Program-made: the position numbers and the translations under genes
Assembly (NCBI GenBank): GCA_025450755.1
Contig: JANWLR010000088.1
Span: forward strand, 4,988-68,987
Length of the DNA stretch: 64,000 bases
Source of the DNA: Sphingomicrobium sp.
GTDB lineage: Bacteria > Pseudomonadota > Alphaproteobacteria > Sphingomonadales > Sphingomonadaceae
Direction of reading: 5' to 3'
Shown here: positions 49,158 through 59,417 of the stretch, piece by piece
How the letters are laid out: each line of letters opens with the position of its first letter
How positions within the stretch are numbered: the stretch's first letter is position 1
The notes under the pieces: model-generated
Told to the model about the DNA's origin: nothing
Seen by the model: only the letters and a program-made list of their open reading frames with translations
The model's database searches: none

Positions 49158-50086
49158 TGCTTCAGGAAACCGTCGAGCTCCTGTTTGAGCTGGTAGAGAT
49201 TCAGTCTGCCCCAATGGTCGTCGCTGGATTCTTCTTTTTCGACTTTTGATTCGAGATAAGTTGGGGGTGTCCAGTTGCTCGTGGCGATCGTGGGCCGCGA
49301 TTCGGCCAGAAGATTCATGTCGAACGGCGAGTGGAAGCGCAGGCCGACCTGGTCTCCAACGGCCCACTCGACCGTCGCGGAAAGCGACACCGCCGGACTA
49401 AGTTCGAGCAACGGTTCTCCACCGACCCTGACCTGGCCGTTGATTTCGATCATTGCACCGGTGGCAGAAATATTGCGGACCCGCACCGGATCGCTCTGGA
49501 AATCATGATGCAGGGTGCCGTTCCAGATCAGCGGGTGACGAGACGACGCGCGATGCTCGTTGACCCGCTCCCTCTCGGCCTCCGTGGGAGCAGTGGCTGG
49601 AGACGATGGGGCCTGGCGTTCGTCAGACTTTGGAAAGGCAATATGCGGAAAGGTTCGCTCGATGACGTGCCGGAGGACGATTGCCACCTGGTCCGAAGGC
49701 CAGTCGAGACGCGTCTCATGCGCAAATTCGAGACCGATGTTGCCATCTCGGATCCATCGCACCGCGCACTCGATCGTACCGTGATCGCCAAGGTGAAGAT
49801 CGACCCGGTCCCACAGCATTGGCTCGAACGAGGCGGAGATCATCGCGCCGCCGCCCGACAGATTGACGAGCTCGACATCGAGGTTCGCGCCGTTGTGAGT
49901 CACTCTCGAACGTTCGCCGACCAGGCGGTGCCGGTCCTCGATCCTGCTGTTCAGGCGATCGCGTGATTCGCGCCTCACCGAAACACTGTTGAGCTGGTCG
50001 AACCTCACGCCTTTCGGCTTTTTCGGAGGCAACAGTGGCTCCTCGGCTGGGTCAACGCCGCCGAAAATCTTGGCCCTGATGTTCAT
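49154..50086 (-). CDS. Tandem PilZ-domain protein
   Basis: RIEDR...NLSGGG and RASSR...NISATG. Confidence 0.85.
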   Translation of the reverse strand: MNIRAKIFGGVDPAEEPLLPPKKPKGVRFDQLNSVSVRRESRDRLNSRIEDRHRLVGERSRVTHNGANLDVELVNLSGGGAMISASFEPMLWDRVDLHLGDHGTIECAVRWIRDGNIGLEFAHETRLDWPSDQVAIVLRHVIERTFPHIAFPKSDERQAPSSPATAPTEAERERVNEHRASSRHPLIWNGTLHHDFQSDPVRVRNISATGAMIEINGQVRVGGEPLLELSPAVSLSATVEWAVGDQVGLRFHSPFDMNLLAESRPTIATSNWTPPTYLESKVEKEESSDDHWGRLNLYQLKQELDGFLKH

Positions 50087-50171
50087 GCCCTCTCCGTAAC
50101 GCACACGCTTGCGCGCTTCGTACAGCAGCTATGGTTACGGATTCGTGCACTGTGAAATGGGAGTGATTCGT

Positions 50172-50221
50172 GATGCCGATGGGAGGAAAGGGAAGGTGGG
50201 AGGGTTCCCCCCATCGGCGTC
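50172..50221 (-). other. Hairpin in the glnA 3' UTR with a CU-rich loop
   Basis: About 17-bp stem; minus-strand loop CCCTCCCACCTTCCCT. Confidence 0.6.
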
Positions 50222-50246
50222 CCGAAAGCCGGAGCTTACCTTAAAA

Positions 50247-51659
50247 TTAACTGGAATAATACATGTCGAATTCGACCGGGCTCGGCGTCGTCTCCCAACG
50301 CATAACTTCTTCCCATTTCAGTTCCGTGTACGCGTCGATCTGATCGTCGCTGAACACGTCTCCCTTGGTGAGGAACGCGCGGTCATTCTGCAGGCTGACC
50401 AGCGCTTCACGTAGCGAGCCGCAGACCGTGGGAACATTGACCAGCTCCTGTGGCGGCAGGTCATACAGGTTCTTGTCCATCGGGTCGCCCGGATGGATGC
50501 GGTTCTGGATGCCATCGAGGCCGGCCATCAGCAGCGCCGAATAGGCAAGGTAAGGGTTCGCGAGCGCATCAGGAAAGCGGAACTCAACGCGCTTTGCTTT
50601 CTCTCCGGCGCCGTAGGGGATGCGGCACGAAGCGGAGCGGTTGCGGCTCGAATAAGCGAGCAGAACCGGAGCTTCGAAGCCGGGAACCAGCCGCTTGTAG
50701 CTATTGGTCGTCGGGTTGGTGAACGCATTGAGCGCCCGGGCATGCTTGATCACGCCGCCGATGAAATAAAGCGCCGTTTCGCTGAGGCCGGCATAGCCGT
50801 TGCCGGCAAAGAGCGGCTTCTTTGCCTTCCAGATCGACATGTGGGTGTGCATGCCCGAGCCGTTATCCTTGGCGATCGGCTTCGGCATGAAGGTCGCAGT
50901 CTTGCCATAGGCGTGCGCGACCATGTGCACGACATATTTGTAGATCTGCATGCGGTCGGCCGTCTCGACCAGGCCGCCATAGGTCAGCCCGAGCTCATGC
51001 TGCGAAGCGGCGACCTCGTGATGGTGCTTATCCATCGGCAGGCCCATCTCGAGCATCGTCGCGACCATTTCACCGCGGATGTCCATCGCGCTGTCGACGG
51101 GGGCGACGGGGAAATAGCCACCTTTGGCGCGCGGGCGATGGGCGAGGTTGCCGCCTTCATATTCGCGCATCGTGTTAGTCGGCAGCTCAATGTCGTCGAT
51201 TCGGAAGCCGCTGGCGTTGTAGCTGTCCTCGAAACGGACGTCGTCGAACATGAAGAACTCGGCTTCGGGGCCGACGAAGACGGTGTCGCCGACGCCGGTC
51301 TGCTTGAGATAGGCTTCGGCGCGCGTCGCGGTCGAACGTGGATCCCGGCCGTAGAGCTCGCCCGTCGACGGTTCGACGACGTTGCAGAACAGGACCAGCA
51401 TCGGAGTCGCGCTGAACGGGTCGACATAAACGGCGTCGAGATCGGGCTTCAGGATCATGTCGGACTCATTGATCGCCTTCCAGCCGGCGATCGAAGAGCC
51501 GTCGAACATGAAGCCGTCGGTGAGATTGTCCTCGTCGACCACGCCAGAGGCCATGGTCAGGTGTTGCCATTTGCCCTTCGGGTCGGTGAAGCGGAGGTCG
51601 ACCCAGTCGATCTCCTCGTCCTTGATGCGCGACAGGATCGTGCCCGCGTTGTTCGCCAT
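50247..51659 (-). CDS. glnA: Glutamine synthetase type I
   Basis: [41 protein letters not shown]. Confidence 0.97.
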   Translation of the reverse strand: MANNAGTILSRIKDEEIDWVDLRFTDPKGKWQHLTMASGVVDEDNLTDGFMFDGSSIAGWKAINESDMILKPDLDAVYVDPFSATPMLVLFCNVVEPSTGELYGRDPRSTATRAEAYLKQTGVGDTVFVGPEAEFFMFDDVRFEDSYNASGFRIDDIELPTNTMREYEGGNLAHRPRAKGGYFPVAPVDSAMDIRGEMVATMLEMGLPMDKHHHEVAASQHELGLTYGGLVETADRMQIYKYVVHMVAHAYGKTATFMPKPIAKDNGSGMHTHMSIWKAKKPLFAGNGYAGLSETALYFIGGVIKHARALNAFTNPTTNSYKRLVPGFEAPVLLAYSSRNRSASCRIPYGAGEKAKRVEFRFPDALANPYLAYSALLMAGLDGIQNRIHPGDPMDKNLYDLPPQELVNVPTVCGSLREALVSLQNDRAFLTKGDVFSDDQIDAYTELKWEEVMRWETTPSPVEFDMYYSS

Positions 51660-51674
51660 GATCTTCTCTCTTCC

Positions 51675-51760
51675 TCGTCATTCCCGCAAAAGCGGGACCC
51701 AGTTAATGGATCGCCCGAGCCGAACGTCTCCCTGGGTTCCCGCTTTTGCGGGAATGACGA
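51675..51760. repeat. REP/MITE-like palindromic element
   Basis: 23-bp perfect terminal inverted repeat TCGTCATTCCCGCAAAAGCGGGA; each arm is itself a hairpin. Confidence 0.85.
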
Positions 51761-51908
51761 TCGCCGAATCGAGCTTGGAGCTTCAGATTCCCGACGCAGA
51801 GGCCAGAGTCAGGAGGGCAGCGAATATTTCACCGCTCTGCGCGGCGGTTGTGCGTATCGACCGATCCGCTAGCATCCGCATTCGGCAAGAGGGCCGGGGA
51901 GGACCAAA

Positions 51909-52802
51909 ATGCTGACCGCGCTGCTCGTGCCGATCGTCCTTGCGACGCTCATTTTCGCCATCGTGCTCGTGAAATCCGCGATCGCGACGCGGTCGAAACC
52001 CACACTCGAAACCATTGGTTTGGGTGCTGTCGTCAGCTTTTTCGACACGCTCGGAATCGGCTGCTTCGCGCCGACCACCGCCTGGTTCAAATTTCGCCGG
52101 CTCGTGCCCGACCGGTTGATTCCTCCGACACTCGTTGTCGGCCTGACCATCGCTGCCGTGGTCGAATCGATCATATTTCTTGTTCAGCTAGGGGTGAAGG
52201 TCGACCCTGTCCTCCTCGTCGGCTGCATCCTTGCCTGCACGACCGGAGGCCTGGTCGGAGTGCCGCTCGTCCATCGGACGCGGGTCTGGATCGTGCAGAT
52301 GGTTGTCGCAATTGGCCTCTTCCTTGCCGCGATCGCCTATGGAATGACGAACTTGCATCTGTTTCCCGGCGGCGGAACGGCGGCAGGGCTTCCGATGACG
52401 CTGACCGTCATCGCCATCGCTGCCAATTTCGTCATTGGCATCCTGCTGAATTACGGCGTCGGCAATTACGCGCCGACGCTCGTGATGCTGAGCCTCATGG
52501 GAATGAACCCGAGGCTCTGCTTCCCAGTCATGGCGGGTGCTGCAGCGCTGATGGGAGCAACTGCCGGAATCCGGCACATCAACACTGGTCGCCTCGATCT
52601 TGGAATCGTAATCGGTCTCACCATCGGCGGAATTCCAGCAGTGCTCGTCGCCGCTTATCTCGTCGTCACCATGCCGCTCGCGATCTTGCGCTGGATGGTT
52701 CTCGTGGTGGTCCTCTACGCGGCCGCAATCATGTTCCACGCCGCGATGCGCGGTCGTCGCGAACATGCTGCCGAAGGGGCGACCGCCGCAGTGGCGCAAT
52801 AG
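51909..52802 (+). CDS. TauE/SafE-like permease
   Basis: FFDTLGIGCFAPT; many TM helices; GGAGGA RBS. Confidence 0.75.
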   Translation: MLTALLVPIVLATLIFAIVLVKSAIATRSKPTLETIGLGAVVSFFDTLGIGCFAPTTAWFKFRRLVPDRLIPPTLVVGLTIAAVVESIIFLVQLGVKVDPVLLVGCILACTTGGLVGVPLVHRTRVWIVQMVVAIGLFLAAIAYGMTNLHLFPGGGTAAGLPMTLTVIAIAANFVIGILLNYGVGNYAPTLVMLSLMGMNPRLCFPVMAGAAALMGATAGIRHINTGRLDLGIVIGLTIGGIPAVLVAAYLVVTMPLAILRWMVLVVVLYAAAIMFHAAMRGRREHAAEGATAAVAQ

Positions 52803-52871
52803 CTCATAACGGAACCGTCCCTTCCGCCGACCATTGTTGCTGCCCGAGCGGGCAACAGGGAGACGGTAGTT

Positions 52872-52952
52872 ATGCGATCCATGGTGCTTTGGCTGATCGG
52901 CGTACCGATCCCGATCATCCTGCTGCTGGCGCTCTGCACTCATCATTTCTGA
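52872..52952 (+). CDS. 26-aa membrane peptide
   Basis: GGGAGA RBS; MRSMVLWLIGVPIPIILLLALCTHHF. Confidence 0.65.
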   Translation: MRSMVLWLIGVPIPIILLLALCTHHF

Positions 52953-53061
52953 CTTGGGCGGCAAGTCGCGAACTCACCGCGACGAGCCAAGCCGTGCATC
53001 TGCATCGCTGAATTTCAGTCCGGACAATGGCGGAGCGATAGACGCAAGCTATGATCCATTC

Positions 53062-53619
53062 ATGAAACGACTTGGCCAGGTGGCACTGATTTGCGCAGCC
53101 TTTGCACTGGGAATCCTGGCATCTCCGTTGCCCGCGCAGACCGCGCCTGATCAAGCGTCGCAACAGCCGACCAGCGTGCCGCCAGCGCCGCCGCCCGACA
53201 GGCAGGCCAGTCCCTCGGTCCCGCCGCCATTCCCGCCGATGCCCGCGAGAGAGCCGAGGCACCGCTTCGCGGACGTGGGCGGCCATCACAAATCCCAGGC
53301 ACATCATCGCATGACGCATGTTCGCGATCGCGCGACGCATGCTGGTCATCACGCGACACATGGGCGTCATCGGTCGACCCATCGTCATCAGAACGCCGCA
53401 CCGTCTCTATCGAAGAAGGCGATCCGGCGGTGCCACGGCATGAGCTATCGGCAGCTCCTTCGGCACAAGGATTGCGCGGCGCTGCTTCAAAGCGAGCTTA
53501 GCGAATCCGCAAGTGCGAAGCGCCATTTGCGGAACCACAAAGCGGCGGGACGGCGGGACAAAGCTGTCCACCGTCATGCGATTCGGCGCAATAAGAGCCT
53601 GAGGCATCACCGCTCGTAG
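53062..53619 (+). CDS. Secreted Pro-rich, His/Arg-rich protein
   Basis: Signal peptide, Pro-rich stretch, xxATH repeats, C-X13-C motif, basic tail. Confidence 0.65.
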   Translation: MKRLGQVALICAAFALGILASPLPAQTAPDQASQQPTSVPPAPPPDRQASPSVPPPFPPMPAREPRHRFADVGGHHKSQAHHRMTHVRDRATHAGHHATHGRHRSTHRHQNAAPSLSKKAIRRCHGMSYRQLLRHKDCAALLQSELSESASAKRHLRNHKAAGRRDKAVHRHAIRRNKSLRHHRS

Positions 53620-53780
53620 CAGCCGTTTTGGAGTGGGTCTTCGAACATCGGGCTTTCCGCCCCTTCACATCGCCGAATCCGCTCGCTATCAGGCCGCCCA
53701 ACCGGCACCGGCCGTGCAGCCGGGACGGGGTCGCCTACGTGCCGTTCCCGGCACATCAGAACTAGCGTTTCAAAAGGGGT

Positions 53781-54365
53781 ATGATGGCCACCGCACGATC
53801 GGCTGAGGGTTCTACAAGCTCAGATTCCGGTGGAGAGGGCGTCCGCCGCCGAGACTTCCTCAATGTCGCCGCAGTCAGCTTCGCCGGCGTTGGCGCGGTT
53901 GCCGCCCTCGCGCCGTTGTTCGTTCAAATGTCGCCGTCGCAGGACGTGCTCGCGCTAGCGACCACCGAAGTCGATATTTCGAAGGTCCAGACGGGGCAGG
54001 GCATCAAGGCACAATGGCGCAAGCAGCCGGTCTTCATCCGCAACCTGACCCCGAAGGAAATCCAGGAAGCCGATGCGGTGCCGCTGTCGAGCCTGCGTGA
54101 CCCGGAGACGCTCGCCGAGCGCACCAAGCCCGGCAAGAAGAACTGGCTCATCACGCTCGGCGTCTGCACGCACCTCGGCTGCGTACCCCTGGGCATCGGC
54201 GAAGGCGAGAACAAGGGGCCGTACGGAGGCTACTTCTGCCCGTGCCACGGATCGCAATATGATACGGCGGCGCGCATCCGTGCCGGGCCGGCTCCCAAGA
54301 ACCTCTTCGTTCCGGATTACCAGTTTACGTCGCCGACGACGGTCACGATCGGCGCAAAGGGGTAA
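53781..54365 (+). CDS. petA: Cytochrome bc1 Rieske Fe-S subunit
   Basis: Tat motif RRDFL; CTHLGC; CPCHGS. Confidence 0.97.
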   Translation: MMATARSAEGSTSSDSGGEGVRRRDFLNVAAVSFAGVGAVAALAPLFVQMSPSQDVLALATTEVDISKVQTGQGIKAQWRKQPVFIRNLTPKEIQEADAVPLSSLRDPETLAERTKPGKKNWLITLGVCTHLGCVPLGIGEGENKGPYGGYFCPCHGSQYDTAARIRAGPAPKNLFVPDYQFTSPTTVTIGAKG

Positions 54366-54374
54366 AGCAAGAAG

Positions 54375-55694
54375 ATGAGCTTTTCCTGGGCCAAGCCCTA
54401 TGAACCCAAGCATCCGTTCATGCGATGGCTTGACGACCGCCTGCCGCTTCCGCGTCTTGTCTATGGCGCGGTCGGCGGCGGTTATCCCGTCCCGCGCAAC
54501 CTGAATTATTGGTGGAATTTCGGCTTCACGGCCGCGATCTTCCTGGCGATCCAGATTGTGACCGGCATCGTGCTTGCGATGCATTACTACGCGACCGCCG
54601 ACGGCGCGTTCAATTCGGTCAACCAGCATATTATGCGGGACGTCAACGCCGGCTGGTTGCTGCGCTACGCGCACATGAACGGCGCGAGCTTCTTCTTCAT
54701 CGCCGTCTACATCCATATCTTCCGCGGCCTTTATTACGGCTCCTACAAGGCGCCCCGCGAGCTGGTATGGATGCTGGGGCTCGTCATCTATTTGTTGATG
54801 ATGGCGACGGCGTTCATGGGCTACGTGCTCCCCTGGGGGCAGATGAGCTATTGGGGCGCGCAGGTCATCACAGGCTTTTTCTCGGCCTTCCCGGTCGTCG
54901 GCGAGCCGATCCGAATCTGGCTCCTGGGTGGCTATGCTCCCGACCAAGCGGCGCTCAACCGCTTCTTTTCGCTGCATTACCTGCTGCCGTTCGTGATCGC
55001 CGCTGTGGTGATCCTCCACATCTGGGCGCTTCACATCCCCGGTTCGGGAAACCCGACCGGTGTGGACGTGAAGGACGAGCGCGACACGCTGCCCTTCCAC
55101 CCGTTCTACACGGCCAAGGACGGCTGGTTCGTCGGCCTTCTGCTGCTGATCTATGCGATCGTCACATTCTTCGCGCCAAACTATCTTGGCCACCCGGACA
55201 ATTACATTCCGGCCAATCCGCTAGCCACGCCGGCGGAGATCGTGCCCGAATGGTATTTCTGGCCATTCTACGCGATCCTTCGCTCCTTCACGTTCGACTT
55301 CATCCTTCCAGCGAAGCTGTGGGGCGTGCTGGCGATGTTCAGCTCGATCCTGCTGCTGTTCTTCCTGCCGTGGCTCGATAAGTCGCCGGTCCGCTCAGGA
55401 TCTTACCGGCCGGTGTTCAAGCGCTTTTTCTGGCTGCTGGTTATCGATGTCGTCCTTCTCGGCTGGGCAGGCGGCGGCGCTCCGACGCCCTTTAGGAACG
55501 CGATCGGGCAGATCTGCGCGGCCTATTATTTCCTTCACTTCCTCTTGATCCTGCCGCTCGTATCGGCATTCGAAACGCCGCTGCCGCTGCCGAAATCGAT
55601 TACTGATTCGGTGCTTCACGGCGAGGAAGCGAAAGCCGCGCCGGCGGGCACGAAGCCGCGGCGGGCAAAGACAGCAACGGCCGTGGTCGAGTAG
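54375..55694 (+). CDS. petB: Cytochrome b
   Basis: [15 protein letters not shown], heme histidines. Confidence 0.97.
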   Translation: MSFSWAKPYEPKHPFMRWLDDRLPLPRLVYGAVGGGYPVPRNLNYWWNFGFTAAIFLAIQIVTGIVLAMHYYATADGAFNSVNQHIMRDVNAGWLLRYAHMNGASFFFIAVYIHIFRGLYYGSYKAPRELVWMLGLVIYLLMMATAFMGYVLPWGQMSYWGAQVITGFFSAFPVVGEPIRIWLLGGYAPDQAALNRFFSLHYLLPFVIAAVVILHIWALHIPGSGNPTGVDVKDERDTLPFHPFYTAKDGWFVGLLLLIYAIVTFFAPNYLGHPDNYIPANPLATPAEIVPEWYFWPFYAILRSFTFDFILPAKLWGVLAMFSSILLLFFLPWLDKSPVRSGSYRPVFKRFFWLLVIDVVLLGWAGGGAPTPFRNAIGQICAAYYFLHFLLILPLVSAFETPLPLPKSITDSVLHGEEAKAAPAGTKPRRAKTATAVVE

Positions 55695-55709
55695 GGGGCG
55701 GCAGGCAAA

Positions 55710-56633
55710 ATGCGTTTCATTCTCGGTTTCATCGGAATCGTCTTTGCGGGAGTTCTGCTGATCTCCCTGATCACGGGCCTTTCGACTTATTTCAGCAACC
55801 CGCCGGCACCGCTCGCGGCGAACGTGTTTCACAAGGAGCCCAAGGAGCTTCACCTCGCGAGTGACGGCCCGTTCGGCCATTTCGACAAGCAACAGCTCCA
55901 GCGCGGCTTCCAGATCTATTCGGAAGTCTGCTCGGCTTGCCACAGCATGAAGCTGGTGTCGTTCCGCGACCTGAAGGAACTCGGCTACAACGACGCCGAG
56001 ATCAAGAAGATCGCGTCGGACTGGAAGACGCAAGTTCCGTCGATCAACCCCGACACGGGTGAGGAGACGACCCGCAAGGCGTTGCCTTCGGACAGCTTCC
56101 CCCCGCCGTTCCAAAACGAAGTCGCGGCACGCGCGGCGAACAACAATGCGCTTCCGCCTGACCTGTCGCTGATCACGAAGGCGCGTGAGGGCGGCGCGGC
56201 ATATGTTTATTCGATCCTGACCGGATTCCAGGACCAGCCCGCGGAGCTTCTGAAGAAGTTCCCGGAGGCGAAGACGCCACCGAACCTGCACTACAATCCC
56301 TATTTCGCGAACCTCAACATCGCGATGCCGCCGCCGCTGACCACGGAGGGGCAGGTGGCATACGCGCCAGGCAATCCGAAGCCGACGGTCGACCAGATGG
56401 CGCGCGACGTAGCCGCTTTCCTGGTGTGGACGGCACAACCGGACCTCGAGCGCCGCCACGCCGCCGGCATTGCTGTGGTCGTGTTCCTGCTTTTTGCGAC
56501 GATCCTCGGCTATCTCGCCAAGCAGCAGATTTGGGACGAGGTGCACCGCGGCGTGCGGAGGACCGGTCCGCTCGATCCCGTGAACCAGGCCAAGACTCGG
56601 CGGGCCAAGGCAAAGGCCGGCATCGCGGGCTGA
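55710..56633 (+). CDS. petC: Cytochrome c1
   Basis: CSACH, PPDLS, IAMPPPL, C-terminal TM helix. Confidence 0.96.
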   Translation: MRFILGFIGIVFAGVLLISLITGLSTYFSNPPAPLAANVFHKEPKELHLASDGPFGHFDKQQLQRGFQIYSEVCSACHSMKLVSFRDLKELGYNDAEIKKIASDWKTQVPSINPDTGEETTRKALPSDSFPPPFQNEVAARAANNNALPPDLSLITKAREGGAAYVYSILTGFQDQPAELLKKFPEAKTPPNLHYNPYFANLNIAMPPPLTTEGQVAYAPGNPKPTVDQMARDVAAFLVWTAQPDLERRHAAGIAVVVFLLFATILGYLAKQQIWDEVHRGVRRTGPLDPVNQAKTRRAKAKAGIAG

Positions 56634-56756
56634 TCCGGCGCGCCGGCATCGCGGCCTGGCGCGTTGGTTGCGACGGTTTAACGAAAATTCAGCGCGCGTT
56701 CACGGACGCGCGCGCCTTCGCAGTCGGGCAAACTCCGGAAGTATTGGAGACTCGAT

Positions 56757-57200
56757 ATGCATATTGCTCGGTTGAAACTCGCTGCGCTTGCGCTCGTGGG
56801 GGGCATCTCCCTCGCCGGCTGCGCCTATGGCGATTACGGATATGGTGACCCGTATGGTTACGGATACGCGCCTTATGGCGGCGTATCGGTCGGCATCGGT
56901 TATGGCGGTTATGGCGGCTATTATGGGGGTTATGGCTATCCGTACGGCTATGGTTACGATCCGTTCGGCTGGTACGGCGACTATTATTACCCGGGTGTCG
57001 GAATCTATGTGTACGACAGCCATCGGAACCGCCACGAGTGGAATGGCGACCAGCGGCGTTATTGGGAGAATCGGCGCTCTACTTGGCAGAACCGCTCCGG
57101 GAGGACTGGGAGCGGCTCTGAGAATTGGAGCGGCTGGCGCAACCGTAGTGGCTCAACCTCGTCTACGACCAACACGAATGACTGGCACCACAGGCACTAG
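56757..57200 (+). CDS. Gly/Tyr-rich lipoprotein
   Basis: Lipobox LAGC; YG-rich stretch; YYYPGVGIYVYD. Confidence 0.8.
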   Translation: MHIARLKLAALALVGGISLAGCAYGDYGYGDPYGYGYAPYGGVSVGIGYGGYGGYYGGYGYPYGYGYDPFGWYGDYYYPGVGIYVYDSHRNRHEWNGDQRRYWENRRSTWQNRSGRTGSGSENWSGWRNRSGSTSSTTNTNDWHHRH

Positions 57201-57673
57201 CTTGCGGAGCGAGTGGGCTGGTCCGCTGCTTCGGGGCGGCGGCGGATCAGCACAATCGAGACGAACGTCATTACCACTTCATCGTTCTGATTGGTGACGA
57301 TCGTCTGCGTTCTGAAGGAGCCGATCTCCGGGCGGCTGCGGGACGGGGTTTTTTCCAGGATTTCCCCGTGCACGTGGAGCGTGTCGCCGGGATAGACCGG
57401 CCTTCTCCACCTCAGCTCATCAATTCCGGGCGAGCCAAGGCCAGCCTGCCGCTGGTCGACGACCCGGCGAGCAATTACCGACATGACCATTGCCGCGGTG
57501 TGCCAGCCGCTCGCGGCTATACGGCCGAAATGGGTTTTGGCCGCCTCCTCATCGGATAGATGAAAGGGCTGCGGGTCATATTTGCGCGCGAACTCGAGCA
57601 CTTCCTCACGTGTAACCTCATACGAACCAAAGTAGGTTTGCTCGCCGAGCCGCAAGTCCTCGAAATAGATCAT
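57197..57673 (-). CDS. MaoC family dehydratase
   Basis: YFEDL, YDPQPFH, ASGWHT, PVYPGDTL. Confidence 0.9.
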   Translation of the reverse strand: MIYFEDLRLGEQTYFGSYEVTREEVLEFARKYDPQPFHLSDEEAAKTHFGRIAASGWHTAAMVMSVIARRVVDQRQAGLGSPGIDELRWRRPVYPGDTLHVHGEILEKTPSRSRPEIGSFRTQTIVTNQNDEVVMTFVSIVLIRRRPEAADQPTRSAS

Positions 57674-57720
57674 CGGACGGGCGCATAGCGGCGGCCGGGG
57701 CTTGGCGCTACGGTGCGGCC

Positions 57721-59331
57721 GTGGCGACGCAATCTTCCATTGGTCCGAGATGGGACCCCCGCCTGATCGAAGCGGCGATGGCGATGAACGAGAACCGTCT
57801 CGACGTCGCCGAGCGCATCCTCAAGCCCTATCTCAAGGAGGATCCGTTCGACGCCGCAGCGATCCGGATGCTTGCCGAGCTCGCAGGTCGGATCGGTCGC
57901 TGGGGTGATGCGGAGAAATTGCTGAGGCGCGCGGTCGAATTGGCGCCAGCCTGGACTTCGGCGCGAGCGAACCTGGCGCTGGTGCTCGGCCGCATGGGAC
58001 GCCCAGCGGAGGCGCTCGCGCTGCTCGACGACATCTTCGAGGAAGAGCCGGACGATCTGGGCCATTGGAACCTCAAGGCGGCGACGCTCGGCCGGCTCGG
58101 CGACTTCGAGGAAGCGATGCAGCTTTATGAAAGCGTCCTCGAGCGCGCGCCCCGGCAGTCGCGCGTGTGGCTCAGCTACGGACATATGCTGAAGACGGTC
58201 GGTCGGCAGGCTGAAGGAATTGTCGCCTATCGTCGCGCGATCGAGCTCGAGCCCACCCTCGGCGACGCCTGGTGGAGCCTTGCGAACCTCAAGACGGTGA
58301 AATTCGGAGAAGAAGACCTTCATGCGATGCGCGATGTGCTCAAATCCGAAAAGTTAAGTGACGAGGATCGCTTCCATCTCGATTTCGCGTTCGGCAAGGC
58401 GATGCACGATGCCGATCGCGCGGACGAGGCTTTCGCCCATTATGCGAATGCGAACGCACTGCGGCTCAAGAGTCAGCCCTACAATCCGCAAAAGATTAGG
58501 AACGAAGTCGATCGCAGCATTGCCGCCTTCACAGCCCAGGCTTTCGCGGAGCGGCCGGGCGGTGACGAGGCGCGAGACCCGATCTTCATCGTTGGCATGC
58601 CGCGGGCGGGGTCGACGCTAATCGAGCAAATCCTCTCGTCACACAGTCAGGTCGAGGGGACATCCGAGCTTCCGGACATTCCTGCGCTAGGCCGGAAGAA
58701 TGGCAAATATCCGGCCAGTGTTCTGGATTTGAGCGCCGACCAGCGGCTCGAGCTTGGCCAGGAATATCTCCGTCGTTCTGGAGTGCAGCGGCGGACGGAT
58801 CGGCCCTTTTTCATCGACAAGTTGCCGAACAACTGGCTGTACGTTCCTTTCATCCAGCTGATCCTGCCGAACGCCAAGATTATCGACGCTCGACGGCATC
58901 CGCTGGCCTGCTGCTTTTCGAACTTCCGTCAGCATTTCGCACGAGGACAGGCCTTCACCTACGACCTCGATCACGTCGGCCGTTATTACTCGGACTACGT
59001 TCGCTTGATGGCGCACGTTGACGCGGTGCTGCCCGGCCGCGTTCACCGCGTCATCTACGAGCGAACGGTCGAGGATACGGAAGCCGAAGTGCGGCGGTTG
59101 CTCGACTATTGCGGACTGGAGTTCGAACCGCAGGTACTGGAATTCTACAAGACTGAGCGCCCCGTGCGCACTGCGAGTTCGGAGCAGGTGCGCCAACCGA
59201 TCTATCGCGACTCCACTAAAGAATGGCGCGCGTACGAACATCATCTCGGACCGCTCAAGGACGCGCTCGGACCCGTTCTCGACGCGTATCCCGGAAGCAC
59301 CCCCCGCGACCTCAAAGCAACGCTGTCGTAA
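57721..59331 (+). CDS. TPR-containing sulfotransferase
   Basis: N-terminal TPRs; FIVGMPRAGSTL (5'-PSB), DKLPNN, RRHPLACCFS, TASSEQVRQPIY. Confidence 0.9.
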   Translation: MATQSSIGPRWDPRLIEAAMAMNENRLDVAERILKPYLKEDPFDAAAIRMLAELAGRIGRWGDAEKLLRRAVELAPAWTSARANLALVLGRMGRPAEALALLDDIFEEEPDDLGHWNLKAATLGRLGDFEEAMQLYESVLERAPRQSRVWLSYGHMLKTVGRQAEGIVAYRRAIELEPTLGDAWWSLANLKTVKFGEEDLHAMRDVLKSEKLSDEDRFHLDFAFGKAMHDADRADEAFAHYANANALRLKSQPYNPQKIRNEVDRSIAAFTAQAFAERPGGDEARDPIFIVGMPRAGSTLIEQILSSHSQVEGTSELPDIPALGRKNGKYPASVLDLSADQRLELGQEYLRRSGVQRRTDRPFFIDKLPNNWLYVPFIQLILPNAKIIDARRHPLACCFSNFRQHFARGQAFTYDLDHVGRYYSDYVRLMAHVDAVLPGRVHRVIYERTVEDTEAEVRRLLDYCGLEFEPQVLEFYKTERPVRTASSEQVRQPIYRDSTKEWRAYEHHLGPLKDALGPVLDAYPGSTPRDLKATLS

Positions 59332-59417
59332 CAATCGTGAAGGCTGCGCTTGACGGCAGTTGACTTCAATCGAGTGCTCTGTCGCAATGGCGACACAAAA
59401 CCGAATGGGGGCATTCG

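Noticed and set aside
51761-51850. Glutamine riboswitch upstream of glnA
   Set aside because: No recognisable glnA-motif consensus; only a short hairpin
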